Shown here one piece after another: positions 28,288 through 41,774 of a stretch of 64,000 nt of DNA. Origin of the DNA: the human T2T-CHM13v2.0 reference genome, Homo sapiens; assembly GCF_009914755.1 (NCBI RefSeq), contig NC_060925.1. One strand, written 5' to 3'. Within the stretch, counting starts at the first letter, position 1, and each line of letters begins with the position of its first letter. The position numbers and the translations under genes are program-made. The notes beneath the pieces were generated by a model. The model was not told where the DNA came from. It saw only the letters and a program-made list of their open reading frames with translations, and ran no database searches.

Positions 28288-28587
28288 TTTTTTTTCTGCT
28301 TGTGATATTTTTAACTGGAGGGATTTCATGTTTACCTGGCTCAGGCAATAAACCCAACCTGGGTGACTCATTTCCACCAAATGTGAGCACCCTAAAATAG
28401 CATTTACATCTGACCTTTTCAGTTTGAAAACAGCTGACTCTGTAACAGGAAATTGAAGCTTCTCGGGGAGAAAAGGCCAGGCTGAATTAGGTGGAAGGAG
28501 TCAGTATGGGAGCCTTCAGATCTCCCGTGTATGTGGCCAGGAGTGCTGTGGGAGGTCAGCGGGGGATGGAGGGGATTCCTTCCATTA

Positions 28588-28992
<405 letters not shown>

Positions 28993-29119
28993 AAGAAAGC
29001 TTTGCTATTCTTGTTCACTTTGGAAAACCAATATTTTCCTGAGCTATTAGGAGTTAATATAATAGATATAAAAATTAAATTACATTTTTAAAGTACAGAG
29101 AGAAGCCATTTTTTACCTT

Positions 29120-30893
29120 TAAAATAATTTTTATTTTAACCAAGTAATGCACATGTATAGTTTCAACATCAAATAATGGTGAAAGGCTTCTGACGGAAAA
29201 CAGCAGTGCCCCATTCCCTCGGCAGCTTCACTTTGCTCCTCAGAAGCAACCACCGCTGAATTCTTTTAGCTGTTTCTTCTGGCATTTTCTCCAATATTTT
29301 CAAATCACGTCAGTGTATTATTTCATGAATGATCAATTTTGAACAATGTCTGTTGCTTTCATATTATACCTAGGTGAGGACTTCTGACTTTCTTACACCC
29401 CTCTTTCTTTTCTCCTTATACCCCAGTAGTATAATTCCACGTTTTGTTGTAATTACTATTGTTTCCATTATTATGACTATGCAGATATTGTTTACTTCTA
29501 AGCCAGGGAATGTACTATGATTATACCTTTATGATTTTATTTCCTTTCTTCTCAACTTACTTATAAAATCTTCATTTTCCCATTTCCTGGATTTATTTCA
29601 AGTCTTTATCTTAGTTTTCTTGTATTCTCCAACAGCTGTATAGAATGCTCCTCAATGCAATTTTTCAACTCAGCCAAACCTGTCAGATAACCTACCAGTT
29701 TTATTTATTTTTTCTCCTTGATTTCTCTCTCCTGGAGCCCTCCCTTATGCTCCCTTTTGGCTTGGTTCTTCTCTAAGACTGCTGAACAGATTTTATCCTG
29801 GGTTCTCTCTTCCATTATCCTGGAATTCCCTTTACCTTTCTCCTGTGCTAGATTCCCTATTTCTTTCATCCAAAGTCTTCTTTTTCAGTAGTTACTTCCC
29901 CATGTTAGTGGACCTCCTTCCCTTGTAGTTTCCTACAGAGTACTAGAGAATTAACTTCTTGTGTGACTTTGCATGTCTGAAAATGTCTTATTTCACCCAC
30001 ACCCCAGTGGATAGTTTGGCTGGGTATAGAATCTTTCTCTTACAATTCTGAAGGTATTGTTTAATTTTTTTCTGGCTTCTGGTTGTTGAAAAGTCCAGTT
30101 CCGTACTGTTACCTGATCCTTTGTGACATTCCTCTCTGAATGCTTTTAGGATCTTCTCTATCTGTGATTCTAGAATAATTTCATTATGATGGGTCTTAGT
30201 GTGGGTTGGGCTTATGTCTGGTGCTGGGAAATTTTAAAATGTTTTTTCTTTGTCTACTACCTATTGTTTTCTCTGTTCTCTCTCTCTGGAAATCTCTTAG
30301 TCAACTGTAGGACCTCCTGGATTGACCTAATTTTCTTTTTTTTTCTCTTCAGATTTTTTTCCCTTTTGGGAAATTTCCTCAGCATAAATTTCTACTCCTT
30401 TTACAGAACCTGCTGCTCTTGATTCCAGAACCTTCTAGTTTATTTCTTTGGAAAATACACCCCCATCTACTATAAGTGTAGAGGAGAGGGAAGTCACTTC
30501 CTATGCTGGGTTACAGGAGGGCAAGAATACTATGAGTCCAACAGCTTCTCATCCAGACCTGTAGAACATTCTCCCTGCTTTCAGCCCTCATCTTAGTCTC
30601 AGCTACCTCTGTACCTGGTACTTCAAGTTCCTGAGCAGGTCTATGGTTCCCAGGGCAAATTGGCTTGCTTTTCCATATTGTCTCCCTCTGCCAGAACTTA
30701 AATTTAACTTTCTTCTGCTCACTCAATCTATTTTATCACTTCATATATTGTGGGTTAGTGATACAGATGGCATCTAGTTTCACCCAAATTGTACTTGGGT
30801 TTCTTTTTTTTCCCTCCTATTTGTTGTGAATTGATTTTTTAGAGTAGAAGGGGACAGATATTTCTTCATTTTGCCATCTTGGAACTGGAAGTC
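29120..30893 (-). mobile_element. HAL1-like (ORF1-only) or old L1M element, decayed
   Basis: Minus-strand 5' end gacttccagttccaagatggc (30893-30873); ORF1-end-like ttgcatgtctgaaaatgtc...gatagtttggctgggtataga; 3' end ttttattttaaccaagtaatgcacat...cagaagcaacc. Confidence 0.55.
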
Positions 30894-31077
30894 AAGCTGT
30901 CTATTTAAAGGGTTTCTCAAGCTACTCCTTTGTATAATAAAGTAAAAGATCATTTGATGTATCATCTTTCCAAAACTTTTGCATGTTACTGAATACTAGC
31001 AGTGAATGAAATCAGTGTTTCTGCTTACGTACCTGGCCTTAATTATCTCTTGTCATAATGATCATTATTAACTTAAA

Positions 31078-31822
31078 CATTTTTTTCTTATTGTGGTAAA
31101 ATATACAAAACATAAAATTTACCATTTTAACCATTTTTAAGTGTACAGAATGGAATTAAGCACATTTACATTGTTGTGCAACCATCATCTCTGTAACCTT
31201 TTCATCTTCTCAAATTGAAACTTGGTACCAACTAAACTCCTTCAATCCCCACCCAGTCCTTGGCAATTACCATTCTACTTCTGTCTCAATAAATTTGACT
31301 ACTTTAGGTACTTTATATATGTGGAATCGTACTATATCTGTCCTTTTGTATCTAGCTTATTTCACTTAACATAACGTCTTTAAGGTTCATCTGTGTCGTA
31401 GCATGTGTCAGAATTTCCTTCCTTTTTAAGGCTGAATGATATTCCATTGTATATATAGACCAATTATGCTTGTATATATAGACCAATTTTACTTATCCAT
31501 TAATCTGTTGATGGACACTGGGTTATTCCAGCCTTTTGGCTGTTGTGAATAATTATGCCGTAAACGTGGGTGTACAAATATCTGAATCCCTTATTTCAGT
31601 TATTTTGGGTATGTACCCAGAAGTGGAATTGCTGGATCAAATGGTAATTCAATTTTTATTTTTATTTTTTTGAGGAACTGTCGTACTGTTTTCCATAGAG
31701 GCTATACTATCTTACATTTCTACCAGCAAAGCAAAACTGTCTCAATTTCTCTATACCCTCTCCAACACTTGTTATTTTCTGTTTTTTTTTAATTAAATAT
31801 AACAACCAGTCCAATGAGTATG
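31078..31822 (-). mobile_element. L1MB (L1MB3-like) 3' fragment
   Basis: ttattgtggtaaaatatacaaaacataaaatttaccattttaaccatttttaagtgtacag...cccagaagtggaattgctggatca. Confidence 0.85.
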
Positions 31823-31839
31823 AACGTAATAGACTTTTC

Positions 31840-32032
31840 AAAGGTATGTGCTTACTTTTATGGAGTATTAGGTGAAGTACTGTGCATGCGTTATCCTCTT
31901 TAATCCTCACATCAACTTGGAGGGAGGTGCTATTTCATATGTAACATATCCCCATGTTACATATGAAAAGCTGATGTCCAAAAAGGTTCAGTGACTTGTC
32001 TGGGTTGATAAAGGGACTAAGAGGCAGAGCCA
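31840..32032 (-). mobile_element. MIR containing a perfect 15-bp inverted repeat
   Basis: ttatcctctttaatcctcac...atccccat...gtgacttgtc...ggcagagcca. Confidence 0.7.
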
Positions 32033-32033
32033 G

Positions 32034-32300
32034 TGTTCCAGTTATATATCAGTGTATAACAGAGCACTCAAGCCCTAGGGGCTGAGAAACAACAATGTAT
32101 TGTTAGCTTGGACAGTTCTGTGGGTTCACTGGGCTCAGCTGGGCCATTCTCCCCTGTGTTTCTCATGCAGTTGGACCAGATGGTGGCTAGGTCTAAAGTC
32201 AACTGAAGACTTTACTGGGATAAACACTCAAATGGCTTCTTCAATCATGTTTGCCTTCTCTGTGCTTCTCCATGTGATCTCTCTCTCTCTCTCCCTCCTC
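32034..32300 (-). mobile_element. MLT1 (H-like) MaLR LTR fragment
   Basis: tgttccagttatatat...gaaacaacaatgt...gttctgtgggttcactgggctcagctggg...cagatggtggct. Confidence 0.6.
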
Positions 32301-32504
32301 CAAGATTGAGTCTCCATCTGACTCCAGAACCTGCTTGCCTAATCACCCACCAATACTGTGTTTCTGTTGGTTTATCTTTATTTTTGGGGTCATCAAAGTC
32401 TAAAGTAGAATCATTAGGGATCACCTAGTTCAGTGGCTTTTAGAATCATTTTCTAAAAAAAGAAAAAGTTGAACCCTTTCCTCAAATGATAATTTACCAG
32501 GCAT

Positions 32505-32765
32505 TTAAGAGTACAGTGAGTAAATTAAAGACACAGGGTATGGAAACTCACTGTTCCGCCCCCCCACCAAGCCATGTGACCTTGAACAAGTTATTTAACC
32601 TTGATATGCTCTATATTCTACTCTGTAAAATGGAAATATTTCCAATAATAATACCTACTATGGGATACTGATGAAGAGCGGATGAATTAATATATATAAA
32701 TAAGTGCTAAGAAGAATGACTAGCATGTTGTAAGGACTCAATGAATGAAGCTTTATTATTATTAT
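32505..32765 (+). mobile_element. MIR SINE
   Basis: gccatgtgaccttgaacaagttatttaacc...ctgtaaaatgg...ataatacctac...aagtgctaagaa. Confidence 0.8.
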
Positions 32766-32908
32766 TATTATCATTAAGAGTGGTAAGTAATATGAGATAA
32801 ACCAGGCAATGTTCTAAAATGGGAATTGGTAAATGAGACTCCTCTCTCGCCATTAACTGTGTAGCCACTCTAGTAGATGAATGTGCTTTCAACTTACAGC
32901 TAAGGCAA

Positions 32909-33434
32909 TGTCATGGAGTAAGGATACCTGCAAATTCTTTGCAACTCCTCCTGCTGAGAGGTAATTCTCTTCTCCCTGAATCTGTTGTACCTTTAGTGAC
33001 TTTCTTGACAATAAGATGTGACAGAAATGATGTTATGAGATTTCTGAGGCTAAGTCAGAAGAAGCCTTTCAGCTTCTGCCGGGGTAGATCAGACCACATA
33101 CTCTGGGGAAAACCAGTAGCCATATAAAAACGCCATCTACCCCAAGACCACTATGCTATGAGAACCCTGAGCCACTCAGGGAGGTCGTAGAGGATGAGAT
33201 GCAATGTGAAAAGAGAGAGGCCAAGGAGCCCCAAGGGGCCAGTTACACAGATGCCAAAGCCATCTTGGAAGTAGATCTTCCAGGCTCAGCCACCTCAGCT
33301 GAGACCACTTGGATCAGAGATGAACTGCCCAGAAGAGCCCTTCCTGAATTCCAGACTCACAAAATCAGGACCCAAATGAAAGTGTTGCTTTCAGCCACTA
33401 AGTGTTGGGGTAATTTGCAACACAGGCATGGAAC
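32909..33434 (+). mobile_element. MLT1G/H-like MaLR solo LTR
   Basis: caaattctttgcaactcctcc...gatttctgaggctaagtcagaag...gcccttcctgaattccagactcac...gccactaagtgttggggtaatttg. Confidence 0.8.
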
Positions 33435-33829
33435 AGGAAATGTATCCAGTGGCTTCAGTATATACCTGGAGAGGCATTGGTCTAGCAAAAAGAGGCAACT
33501 CACAAGCATCATCCATCAAGGACAGTGTGGTGTGAGAGTTAAAACTAGGGACTCTGAACTCAATTGACTTTGCTCAAATCCAAGCTCTGTCATTTGCTAA
33601 TGGAGAAAGATTTCTAACCTTAAATTCCATAACCCAATTGTAAGGATCAAATGAATATTATATTTGCAAGTCACTTAGAGCAGTGACTGGTCCATAGTAA
33701 ATATCTACAATTATTATTATCAATGATAACTGACAGCAGATTCTGAATCAGAATCCATGTTCCCTGATTCCAATTTGATGGATTCTCAGGGAGCCAGCCC
33801 ATGGTGGGGTGTGTATATGTGTGAAGTTA

Positions 33830-34020
33830 GAGACTTCGTTACTTCCTAGTTTGCATTTCCTCAGGCAAGTTGCAAGTTGCTTATTACTGAGCCTTAGTTT
33901 CCTCATCTGTAAAATGGGATTAATAATAGTAGGGTTGTCATTGGACAGGTGAACTATGATAATTGTGTAAAGGACTTAACATAGTACCTATAAAATGGTA
34001 AACATTCCACAATGGATAAC
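33830..34020 (+). mobile_element. MIR SINE
   Basis: ctgagccttagtttcctcatctgtaaaatgggattaataatagta. Confidence 0.8.
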
Positions 34021-35756
34021 CATTACTCCTGTACTACCACTACAGCTACTAAGAGTTCTATTTCCACAATGCTATTATTTTCCTACACACAAATAAGTGT
34101 GATATATAACTGTGAGAAAAGCCAGGAAAACGTACAATTGAAAGAGAGCTTGGAAGTTTTACCTCATAGTGCAGAGAACAGACAAGGTCCATTTGCTATG
34201 AAAATCCTGCTTCTAGAGGAGCACTTTTAAATGTAAATTCTCCAAAAAATTACCTTTAATCATCTAGTTGGAAATCACCGGCAGTTTGATAAAAAATTTA
34301 ATAGGAATCATGGATGGTGGGTTCACCTAATGATGACTGAAGCAACAGCATCTGTTGCAGATTCACTGAGAATCATTTTCAATATGACACACTCTCTCTC
34401 ACCAAATGAAAAATTAATTTAAAATCCTAATCCCAGATGCAGCCAGAACAAATATTCTTGGAGCCAAAAATAGGAAAAATACATCTGAAGATTGGTCAGG
34501 GGATGGTGCTTTTGTGGTTTTATATCCATATCTGTTCAAAATTTAGGCAGGAATAGGTACATACATATATATAAATTTATTACCAGAGCAAAGCAAAACA
34601 AAACAAAAATAAAAACATAAGAAGAAAGATGAAAGAAGCCCAAGGGTGTATGTGTACTGTCCAAATACACTCCAACATCCCATCTTGTTTGCTGGCTTTT
34701 GACACAAAACAGGTCATTTTTCCTCCCGCATAGAACTTGCTTGCAGAGATCATTGGAGAGAGCTACATGGATCAGACCCATGAGTGAACTCTCAGACAGT
34801 CCCTGCACTCTCATGACCCTGAATGGTGGGGCTTTATTGAGCAGGATGGAGGCGTACAGTGTCCAGGACCAGGCATGCCCTCTTCCTTACCTGCACTCAG
34901 TGAGTTTCTCAGGAAGAGGGTATGATCAGGGTCCAGGGACTTGGCTCTTGCTTCTCTCAAGGTCATCTGGCAGCAGGCCCTGTGTTTCCCGATTGGAGTC
35001 TCTGAATTGCCCAATTAACTCCTGAACAAACATTACCCAAGGAAGACATTTTGGCAGAATTTTCATCCCTATCAGGGAGGGACAATCGGAAGGCAATCCT
35101 GTAATCTTATGGGGTACACCTGGTTGGGGGTTAGGGTGCCTGGGGCACTTTATGAGCCTTTTGAACCAAAGTCTTCTCTGTCCAGTGGGTCCACTTTATT
35201 TATTCCTTTGTCTGTCCACCCATCTGTCCATCTGTGCATTCGTTCATCCTTCCATCCACCTGTCATCCATCCATCCATCCATTTGGGCATCGATCCATTT
35301 TAAACTCTTTGTTTAGAAGCGGAACTAGTGGAACTGTTAACTGAATCCTGGTGCTCTTCACTGGTAGAAATAGGGATGGGAAGGGTGTCCACACCCCCTC
35401 TCGGTTCCTGTTGCTGGCTTCTGAAGCTTCTTCACAGGATCCTAAGCTCTAATGAGCACATCTCTTTGACAACCACTAATCTCAGCCATATGCTTAATCT
35501 TCAATATTTACTCCTCATTTTATTCCCAAATATTGATCTGGGTCCTCCTTGACCTCTTGCCTGGACACCCAGGAGCCCATGGAACAGCACCCCCTGGAAG
35601 TTTCCACAGGCTGCTCGAACAGCACTTCAAAAGGGAACTTATCAGACTCCAACCTCACTCCAAACAAACAACCCTTCTTCTACCTTAATGGCACCACTGC
35701 TCGCCTGGTTGCCCAAGCTGCTTGCAGTACTTCTGCTGCTTAGAAAGAAAAAGTTT

Positions 35757-36205
<449 letters not shown>

Positions 36206-36558
36206 TTAGGTCTGGAGCCAACTCTTCCACTCTCCAGCTGTGTGATCTGGACAAATTACTTAACCTCTCTCTGCCTCATTTTTCTCTATCACAAAGGTGG
36301 GAAAGTACCTACCTTGTTGAGTTTTTTGAGAATTAAATGGCATCATATTTGCAAACCTTTAGCATAATAATACCCAGCATGGAGGAATTCTCATCAATTC
36401 CCAATCAACAATTCTGGCCAAATGTATCTCAATATTTCTTAAACCCATCTCCTCTTCTCCATGCCTACCATCCTGCCCTAATTCAGGCCTCCATACTTTC
36501 CTGATTGGACTATTTTAAGAGCATTCTGCTGTTACAGCAACCAAACTAATGTCTCTAA

Positions 36559-36874
<316 letters not shown>

Positions 36875-36930
36875 TAAAATACTTATTTAAACACATTGTC
36901 TCCCACTTCCTGTTTAAAACCTTTCAATGA

Positions 36931-37655
36931 TTTATAATCCTTTGGGTATATAGCCAGTAATGGGATTGCTGGGTCAAATGGTATTTCTAGTTCTAGATCC
37001 CTGAGGAATCACCACACTGACTTCCATAATGGTTGAACTAGTTTACAGTCCCACCAACAGTGTAAAAGTGTTCCTATTTCTCCACATCCTCTCCAGCACC
37101 TGTTGTTTCCTGACTTTTTAATGATCGCCATTCTAACTGGTGTGAGATGGTATCTCACTGTGCTGCTATAAAGACACATGCACACGTATGTTTATTGCAG
37201 CACTATTCACAATAGCAAAGACTTGGAACCAACCCAAATGTCCAACAATGATAGACTGAATTAAGAAAATGTGGCACATATACACCATGGAATACTATGC
37301 AGCCATAAAAAATGATGAGTTCATGTCCTTTGTAGGGACATGGATGAAGCTGGAAACCATCATTCTCAGCAAACTATTGCAAGGACAAAAAAACCAAACA
37401 CCGCATGTTCTCACTCATAGGTGGGAATTGAACAATGAGAACACATGGACACAAGAAGGGGAACATCACACACCGGGGCCTGTTGTGGGGTGGGGGGAGC
37501 GGGGAGGGATAGCATTAGGAGGTATACCTAATGTTAAATGACAAGTTAATGGGTGCAGCACACCAGCATGGCACATATATACATATGTAACTAACCTGCA
37601 CGTTGTGCACATGTACCCTAAAACTTAAAGTATAATTAAAACAAACAAACAAAAA
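36931..37655 (+). mobile_element. L1PA4/5-like LINE-1, 5'-truncated and 5'-inverted
   Basis: Antisense segment ~36927-37162; sense segment 37161-37655 with 3'UTR and A-tail; TSD aaaacctttcaatga (36916-36930) / agaaccttccaatga (37656-37670). Confidence 0.93.
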
Positions 37656-38183
37656 AGAACCTTCCAATGAGTACCTGCTGCCTACTGAACAATTTTCTAC
37701 CTTCTCAACAACCAGTAATAATAGGTCACCTATCATCACCAGGGTGCTTCTGCCCCAGTCTTCAACTTCAGTACCCACACTCCATGCCCTCTCTCCCTCT
37801 CTTCCTTCCTTTTTTGTTCCCTTTTCCCTCCTTTTCTCCCTCTTTTCCTCTCACCCTCCTTTCCTTCTGTTCTTCTTTCTGTAGCTCAACTGATGTTGAC
37901 GGAGATTTTTGATGTGCACAGAGCTCCGTCTGGCACTGGGGTGATAGTGAGGGAAACCAGACAGTGCCCTTGCTCTCAGGGAGCTCTCATGATAGACAAG
38001 AAGCCAGACATTGATCAAAGAATCATGGAATGAGTGTCCAGTCACAGCTGTGACAGTGTCACCCAGAGGGCCTGACACGGTGGGACCTTCAACCTGGCCA
38101 GTGAGGTCCATGGCATCTTGGAGGAGGAGGCCCTGCCTTGCCTGAGGAGTTAGCTAAGCAGAGGGAAAGGGAGAGGGGCCAAC

Positions 38184-38445
38184 TGTGTGCATGTGGGCAT
38201 GCATGTGCACGTGTGTCTGTGTGGGTGTGTGGGGGCATGCATTGCACATGCCTGTGTACATGTGTGCATGTATGTGCACATGTGTGTGGGCATGCATGTG
38301 CACATGTGTGGATTTGGGTATGCTTGTGCACGTGTGTGGGTGTGTGCGCACATGTGTGTACACATATGTGCACATGTGTGGGCATGCATGTGCACATGTA
38401 TATGTGTGGATGTGTGTGGGCATGCATGTGCACATGTGTTTGCAT
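38184..38445. repeat. Alternating purine-pyrimidine minisatellite built from GGGCATGCATGTGCACATGTGT units
   Basis: Four near-exact and two degenerate unit copies read directly. Confidence 0.9.
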
Positions 38446-38506
38446 ACTATAATTTGGAGCACTGGATACTTCTCTAAAGGCCAGACCAACAGCTGAGTTA
38501 GGCCCC

Positions 38507-38862
38507 TGTAGTAGTCTGTTTTCAAACTGCTGTAAAGAACTGCTGGAGACTGGGTGATTTATAAGGAAAAGAGGTTTAATTGACTCACAGTTCCGCATGG
38601 CTGGGGTGGCTTCAGGAAACTTACAACCATGGCAGAAGGGGAAGAAGGAATGTCTCACATGACAGCAGTTGGGAGAGAATATGTGACAGTGCAGGAAATA
38701 CTACTATTTACAAACCCATCAGATCTCCTGAGAATTCACTCACTCTCATGAGAACAGCATGGAGGAAACTGCCCACATCATCCAATCACTTCCCTCCCTC
38801 GACATGTGGGGATTACAATTCGAGATGAGATTTGGGTGGGGATGCAGAGCCAAAACCTATCA
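38507..38862 (-). mobile_element. THE1D/MST-like MaLR solo LTR
   Basis: tgtagtagtctgttttca...gaggtttaattgactcacagttcc...gagatttgggtgggga...ctatca; 5-bp TSD gcccc on both sides. Confidence 0.92.
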
Positions 38863-39125
38863 GCCCCCCAGACTCTCAGCCTCCTCCCTCTCCCTCCACT
38901 TCCCCCATTGAGCTCTCAGCCAGCCTTGCGGACAGGCCTGCCCATGTGCCAGTGCTGAGGACCCGGCCCATCCTCTGAGAGCTTCCCTCTAACCTCATGA
39001 GCCAGGCCCACTGCCGCATCCTCAGAACAAAGCAGGTGGCTGAGAGTATTGTCTGGAAAATCCATAGCATGTATTATGACAAACAAGCATCATTTGGTTG
39101 AAATGATCTCAAATGTTTTTGCTGA

Positions 39126-39565
39126 TGTTGTTTAAGAGAAATCGAGCCAGATACCAGTTAAAAGTATAGATTTAATTCAGTACCATTGCAATAGAGGAGG
39201 GAGGCTTCAGCAAAACTGAACTCAACTCTGAGCACAACAAAGACACTTGGGATTTATAGCCAAGGATTGAAGGGAGGGGGTCAGTGGATGGAAAATTTCT
39301 AAGGGGAGGCATCAAGCATCATAGAATTCTTGCTGAACTGACTTCAAAATATTCTTACTAAAGGCAGGCCAAAGACTTAGACATCAAGGGTGGAGATAAG
39401 GAATTTTATTAGATATCAAGGGTGGGGTGATTCTCTTTAAGCTGATCAAGCAGGACTCTTGCTAAAACTGAACTGGGCAGGCCAAGGACAGGGCCCTAGG
39501 ACAGGGCCCCAGTCAAGAAGAGTGCTCAGAGGAGCCTGTCCAAAGCTTGGTGAGGAGGGAGTCTG
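39126..39565 (-). mobile_element. ERV1 solo LTR (MER31/MER67-like)
   Basis: aactgaactcaactctga...gggatttatagccaagg...ggtcagtggatggaaaatt...ctcagaggagcctgtccaaagcttggtgaggagggagtct. Confidence 0.65.
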
Positions 39566-39740
39566 GGTTTTTTCTTTTTTTTTAATTCCTGTTCATCTAC
39601 CACGCCTGCTCTCTTAAGGGTAAAGCACAAGATAAAATTTCTGGGAAGTAATATGTTTGCATCATGCACTGCAAGGTATTGAATTATCTGTTTCTCTTCA
39701 ACTGAAAGGTAAGAAGTCTGACTAAGAATGGCTGGTATTA

Positions 39741-40067
39741 AGCCAGGTGTGGTGGCTTACGCCTATAATCCCAGCACTTTGGGAGGATCGCTTCAGTCCA
39801 GGAGTTTGAGAACAGCCTGGGCAACATGGTGAAACCCTGTCTCCACAAAAACTACAAAAATTAGCCGGGTGTGGTGGCATGCACATGTAGTCCCAGCTAC
39901 TTGGGAAGCCAAGGTGAGAGGATGGCTTGAACCCGGGAGGCGGAGGTTGCAATGAGCCGAGATTGCACCACTTCACTCCAGCCTGGGCAACAGAGCCAGA
40001 CCCTGTCTCAAAAAACCAACCAACCAACCAACCAACAACAACAACAAAAACCCAAAACCAAAAAAAA
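39741..40067 (+). mobile_element. AluJb-like SINE with a left-arm microhomology deletion and a (CCAA)n tail
   Basis: agccaggtgtggtggcttacgcc...ttgggagg|atcgctt...gaggatggcttgaaccc. Confidence 0.93.
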
Positions 40068-41093
40068 TGCTGTTACTTACCATGCCTGTCCTATGTTCTG
40101 GAGCTCTTCCAAGCCTTATGTTTTTGATCCTCACTGTGGACAGTTGCTAGTATAGCAGAGGCTAAACTTTGGGTATGGCAGTGGTCCCTTTATGAGCTGC
40201 TTCACCGTGTGGTTTGGATTTTATGTACCTGTCCTCTTCCCTGCTGGAGAATACGCTCCTTGATTCAGGACCCAAATCTCAGGCTCTTCCTGACACCATC
40301 ACTGGCACCCGGCTCACATCTTGTACCTGCTCTCCCAGGGGTCAGCCAGAGAGCTGAGTCCCCCCAACCCAGCCAGGGCCTAACTCTAAACACCAGATGG
40401 ATCTGTGATAATTATCTGTGTGTTTACACATTCTGCTTTTTGCAAAGGCATTAACCTTTTTGAGTCCTCTCTATCAGCTGATCTCATCAATATTTCAGAA
40501 CTGTGTCAAAAAATAAAAATCAAAAGAGATATTGGGCACTATGATAATCTGCAAAAAAGTATTTGTTCATCCTGCACCTCATGTGGCTCAGTGGTGGCCG
40601 CTGCTACACCAAGCCATGCAGGATGCCCTATGGGAGTTTACAATTAAGATCATACCCTGTGATGCTGAAAAGTTATTTGATTAAAAGAAGGACAGGTTGT
40701 GGGGTGGAAAAAAAAAAAAACAAGAGAAATTGACAGGAAGATGATGTGTTTGCACTGTGTGCTATGTGGGGTCAAATGCTTTGGGCCCTACTCCAGCTGT
40801 CTGAGAGGTTGGGATGTGTAGGGGGGCAGAGGCCCATTTGGTGAGCTCCAATCATCCTGGAGAGCAGCAAAAGGAGACGGAGAAGTTAAGGTAACAAAGG
40901 AGAGAGGGAGGCCTTTTCCTCTCTGAAGAAGTGACATTCGAGCAAGGAGCTGAATGAGGCAAGGAGGGATTCCTGTGCGTATTCTAACAGAGAGTCCAGG
41001 CTTTCAGGCAGAGGAACAGCCAGTGAAGTGCTCCTGTACCCATCTGCAGGCTGATGAGGCCCTCATTTTCCCATGGAATGCCCATGGGGTTGA

Positions 41094-41676
41094 TGTGGCA
41101 GACAGAGCCTAGGATGACCCGCAGGAGGTTTCCGGGCCCTGGTGTCTGTGCCCTTGTGTATTCCCTGCCCCTTGAGTGTGGGCAGGGCCGGTGCCTCACT
41201 TCTAACCAGTAGAACACAGCGAAGGTGGTGGGATGCCACCCCGTGAGTCTGTGATGTTACATGGCAGTGGTCACGGGATCTTACTCCTGTGACATTACAT
41301 CACACAGGGCTCTGTTTTTCTAGAGTTGCTGTTGTTCTCCCACTGGCCTTGAAGAAGCAAGTGGCCATGTTGTGAGAGAGCCAGTGGGCAGGCCCACGTG
41401 GCATGAAATGTAGTTCTACTACCATGAGAAATGGAATTTTGCCAACAACCTGAGTGAGCTTGGAAGCAGCCCTTCCCAGGTTGAACCATCAGAGGAGACG
41501 ACGAGATTGTAGCCCAGCCAACACCTTGATTGCCGTCCAGTGAGACACTGGAGTGGAGAACCCAGCTAAGCCACACCTGGACTCCTGACCTACAGAACTG
41601 TGCAATAATGGATGGGTGCTGTCATGAGCAGCTATGTTTTTGGTAGCTTGTTACCCAACAGTAGAGAACTAAGGCA
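41094..41676 (+). mobile_element. MLT1E-like MaLR solo LTR
   Basis: tgtggcagacagagcc...ccccttgagtgtgggcaggg...gccaacaacctgagtgagcttggaagc...ctcctgacctacagaactgtg. Confidence 0.82.
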
Positions 41677-41774
41677 GTTGGTATCACACTTTCCTCTGCT
41701 CAGCTGTGAGGAAAACTGTCTGATGACACTTATTGAAATGGGGATCAGAAGGCTCCAAGTTCTGATCACAACCC

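Noticed and set aside
38089-38658. Overlapping Cys/His/Met-rich ORFs resembling metal-binding proteins
   Set aside because: Translation artefact of a stop-free TG/CA minisatellite; open in all frames.
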